Below are positions 61,323 through 64,000 of a stretch of 64,000 bases of DNA, piece by piece (within the stretch, counting starts at the first letter, position 1; every line of letters starts with the position of its first letter). Under the pieces are notes generated by a model that was given only the letters and a program-made list of their open reading frames with translations, was not told the DNA's origin and did not search any database. The position numbers were made by a program, and so were the translations under genes. This DNA comes from Monocercomonoides exilis PA203 (lineage: Eukaryota > Protista > Preaxostyla): NCBI GenBank assembly GCA_001643675.2, contig LSRY02000029.1, positions 806,001-870,000 of the forward strand, read 5' to 3'.

Positions 61323-64000
61323 GCTTTAATGTAAATGCCTGTTTTAGATAGTTTTTTGTTGACATTCAACTAAAAATAATCCGCGAGTTCTTTCAAAATA
61401 CGTTTTTTGATTCTTTATTTGCAACGTTCGTGTTTTATTTTATTTTATTTTTATTTATTAGTATTAAATTGTATTTCTGTAATTTTTTATTGAATATTCA
61501 TTTATTTATCTATCTTGTACTTGTGCATTTGGATTCGCTTGAAAGCTCCGAACTGTTTCAACTTGTTTTGTACTTCCAAATCTTTAACTTTGTTATTTGT
61601 AAGCACCAATTTATACATTGGTAATGTATTTGATGGTTGCATTGGAAGCTTTCATATGCTGTGGATATATTTTATTTGAAAAGCAATTATCCTATGCAAA
61701 TCTCATCTATCGCAATTGTGTAATTTGCAACTTTTTTTATTTATCAATTTAATTGCACAAGTCCTCAAAGCATTTTAAGAAATATATTATCATCCTGATG
61801 AAAAGCTAACTTTGAATCCTGATTAATGATATATATACTTTGCTTCAATTGACTTACAGCTTGCAATGAATTTTAGAGACAAAGATATAAACTCGTCCTC
61901 TTGAACTTAATTTAAGATTTAATCACAAGCAAATACACCTGAAATTATTCAACATCGAAAAAGTTTAATTCGAAACCGAAAATTCAATGATAATAATTAT
62001 TTTAAAAAAATATTCCAAAAAACAGATTCATCGCATGAATTTTCATTTTTGTTAAATCATGGATATTTGATTATTTCTTAGATTTTTTAATTTTTTTTTA
62101 TATTCTTTCTGGTTTTCGAAAATGTGCATTTGCAACAATAGATAGTGATAATCTTTTTTCAAAAAATTTTTTTCTTGTGCTCAGAAGAAAAAATGACAAT
62201 TGCACATATTGCATAAAATACCTGACATCGCACAAAATACCCTGACAATATCGTTTTCTAAATAGCCACTGAAAGAGAAAATCCGATAATTTTCCATTAA
62301 ACATTTTTTTGCAACACCAACTCATTTGGCATAGCAGACTTATAAAACAGCTTCATACGTGCCCAAAAATTATTTTTTTAAATATTCTGTCAACATGAAA
62401 ATGAAACTCTCGCATGTCAAATGAGTTTGTGAAGATAAGATTCATTTTGAGGAAAATTAACAAAAATATTCATTTTGTGGTTGGAGAGTAATCAATCTTG
62501 TCCTGCATTTTTCGCACAATCTGTAATTCGTTTTCAATAAGGGTGATTATTTTTGAAATCATATTTTTGAAACAAATATTTTAGTTAAGAATTTTTTATT
62601 TTAAATTTTCTTCAATGAACACAGAAAAGAAATAACTACAATAAAATAAGTCTTTTTTTTTCTTTTTCATCAACCATTGGCTTTTGAAGGATTATAAAAC
62701 ATTTGTTATTTGAAAGAAAATAAATTGGTAAATGATAATGAATTTTCTCAATTTTTCGAAAAAAGATTTGATTTCAAAAATTATCACTCAAATATTAATA
62801 TTTAAGGGATCAATTGTTATCATTCCGAAATTGTTGAAATCAACAGTTAACAATAAAAGTTAAACATACAAAATGAAATGATATTTATGATCATCAACAA
62901 CAGAACTGAAATATTTTGTATCATAAGGAATAATACAGACTCCCAAGTTTTTTTCTCATGAAGTTTAAAATTTTTGTTTCACTCAAGACTTTGTTTAACT
63001 TCTTGAAATGGGTTATTCTTTTTGAAAAGTCGCTAATGTTTAATTTTCGAATAAATCAAAATTTTCATATTTTGCTCAAATTGATGTTGACATATACCAA
63101 ACTTCGCTAATATAGAATCTATTTCTGGATAATGCTATTTCAAACATTCTTAAGAAGATTTGTGAGTGGAAACAGAAATTTGATTAAGATATGAAAATTA
63201 TGATTTCTTTGAAAATTAAACATTAGAGACTTTTCAAAAAGTATTACCCATATTAAAAAAATTTTATTGGATTCTCATATCGATAAACAGGTGTCATTGA
63301 CAACACATAATAATGTTTTGTGACTTTATTTGTTTTCGATAAAATAAACCCTTAAATTCATATTTTTTTGAAAACAAAAAGTTAGTTAACCGTGATAATT
63401 GTTGAAAGATAAAACTTGCTGTGTAATGTTTTGCCTCATATTGAATTTGAATGTTTCGAATTTGATCAAAACGTATTCAATTTGGAATTTGAATTTTTCA
63501 ATTTGTGAAAAAAATTTTTATTCATATTTCTCGCATATCTCCTATATATAATCATGGACAAAACCCAGGAAAGGGACAAAACCCGGACTTTTTCATAAAT
63601 TTCATTTTTTTCAACAAGTTTCAAAAATTAAATTATGATAATTCATTCATTCATATATCAGCATATAACACATCTTACCATATCCATATTTTTATTTGCT
63701 GTGCTGTATTTATGAAGAAATAAATAATTTTTATTTTTGAAAATTTGACTTTTAATGAATTTTTCTATTTTAATAAAACGATTCAGTTCATCTTTTATTC
63801 ATATAACTTATTTTTCTTTGTTGCAATTTTCGGCGGCACGCGGAATGAATCAATAAAACACAGTCAATGGGATAACTCAAAATATATTTTTTCCAAACTC
63901 ATAAGCATACATGTGAATTAAACACATGCAATAATTAATATGATAGTTATATAAAATTACCACAGAGCTATAATTTAAAATGATTCAGTGAAAATACCAA

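Overview
AT-rich eukaryotic (protist) genomic DNA with short spliceosomal introns and the standard genetic code. The gene families resemble those of the oxymonad Monocercomonoides; this is an inference from memory, not a search result. Bases 1-16.85 kb are the end of a highly homogeneous 5S rRNA tandem array (15 complete genes, unit 1111-1116 bp). Then come a beta-helix-type single-pass surface protein, a ~9 kb disabled beta-helix/TM/pseudokinase receptor gene, and a patch of decayed gene remnants including a WD40 fragment. These are followed by nicastrin (5 exons), a CSTPP1/C11orf49-like gene, a ~1980-aa coiled-coil gene, an inverted solitary 5S gene and a degenerate MoxR/ChlI-like AAA gene. 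The right part holds a kelch + Cys-rich + 3-TM membrane protein, a 962-bp foldback/MITE element with 342-bp terminal inverted repeats, and two tandem paralogues of a helical-repeat family. All homology calls come from motifs recognised by eye and need HMM or structure confirmation.
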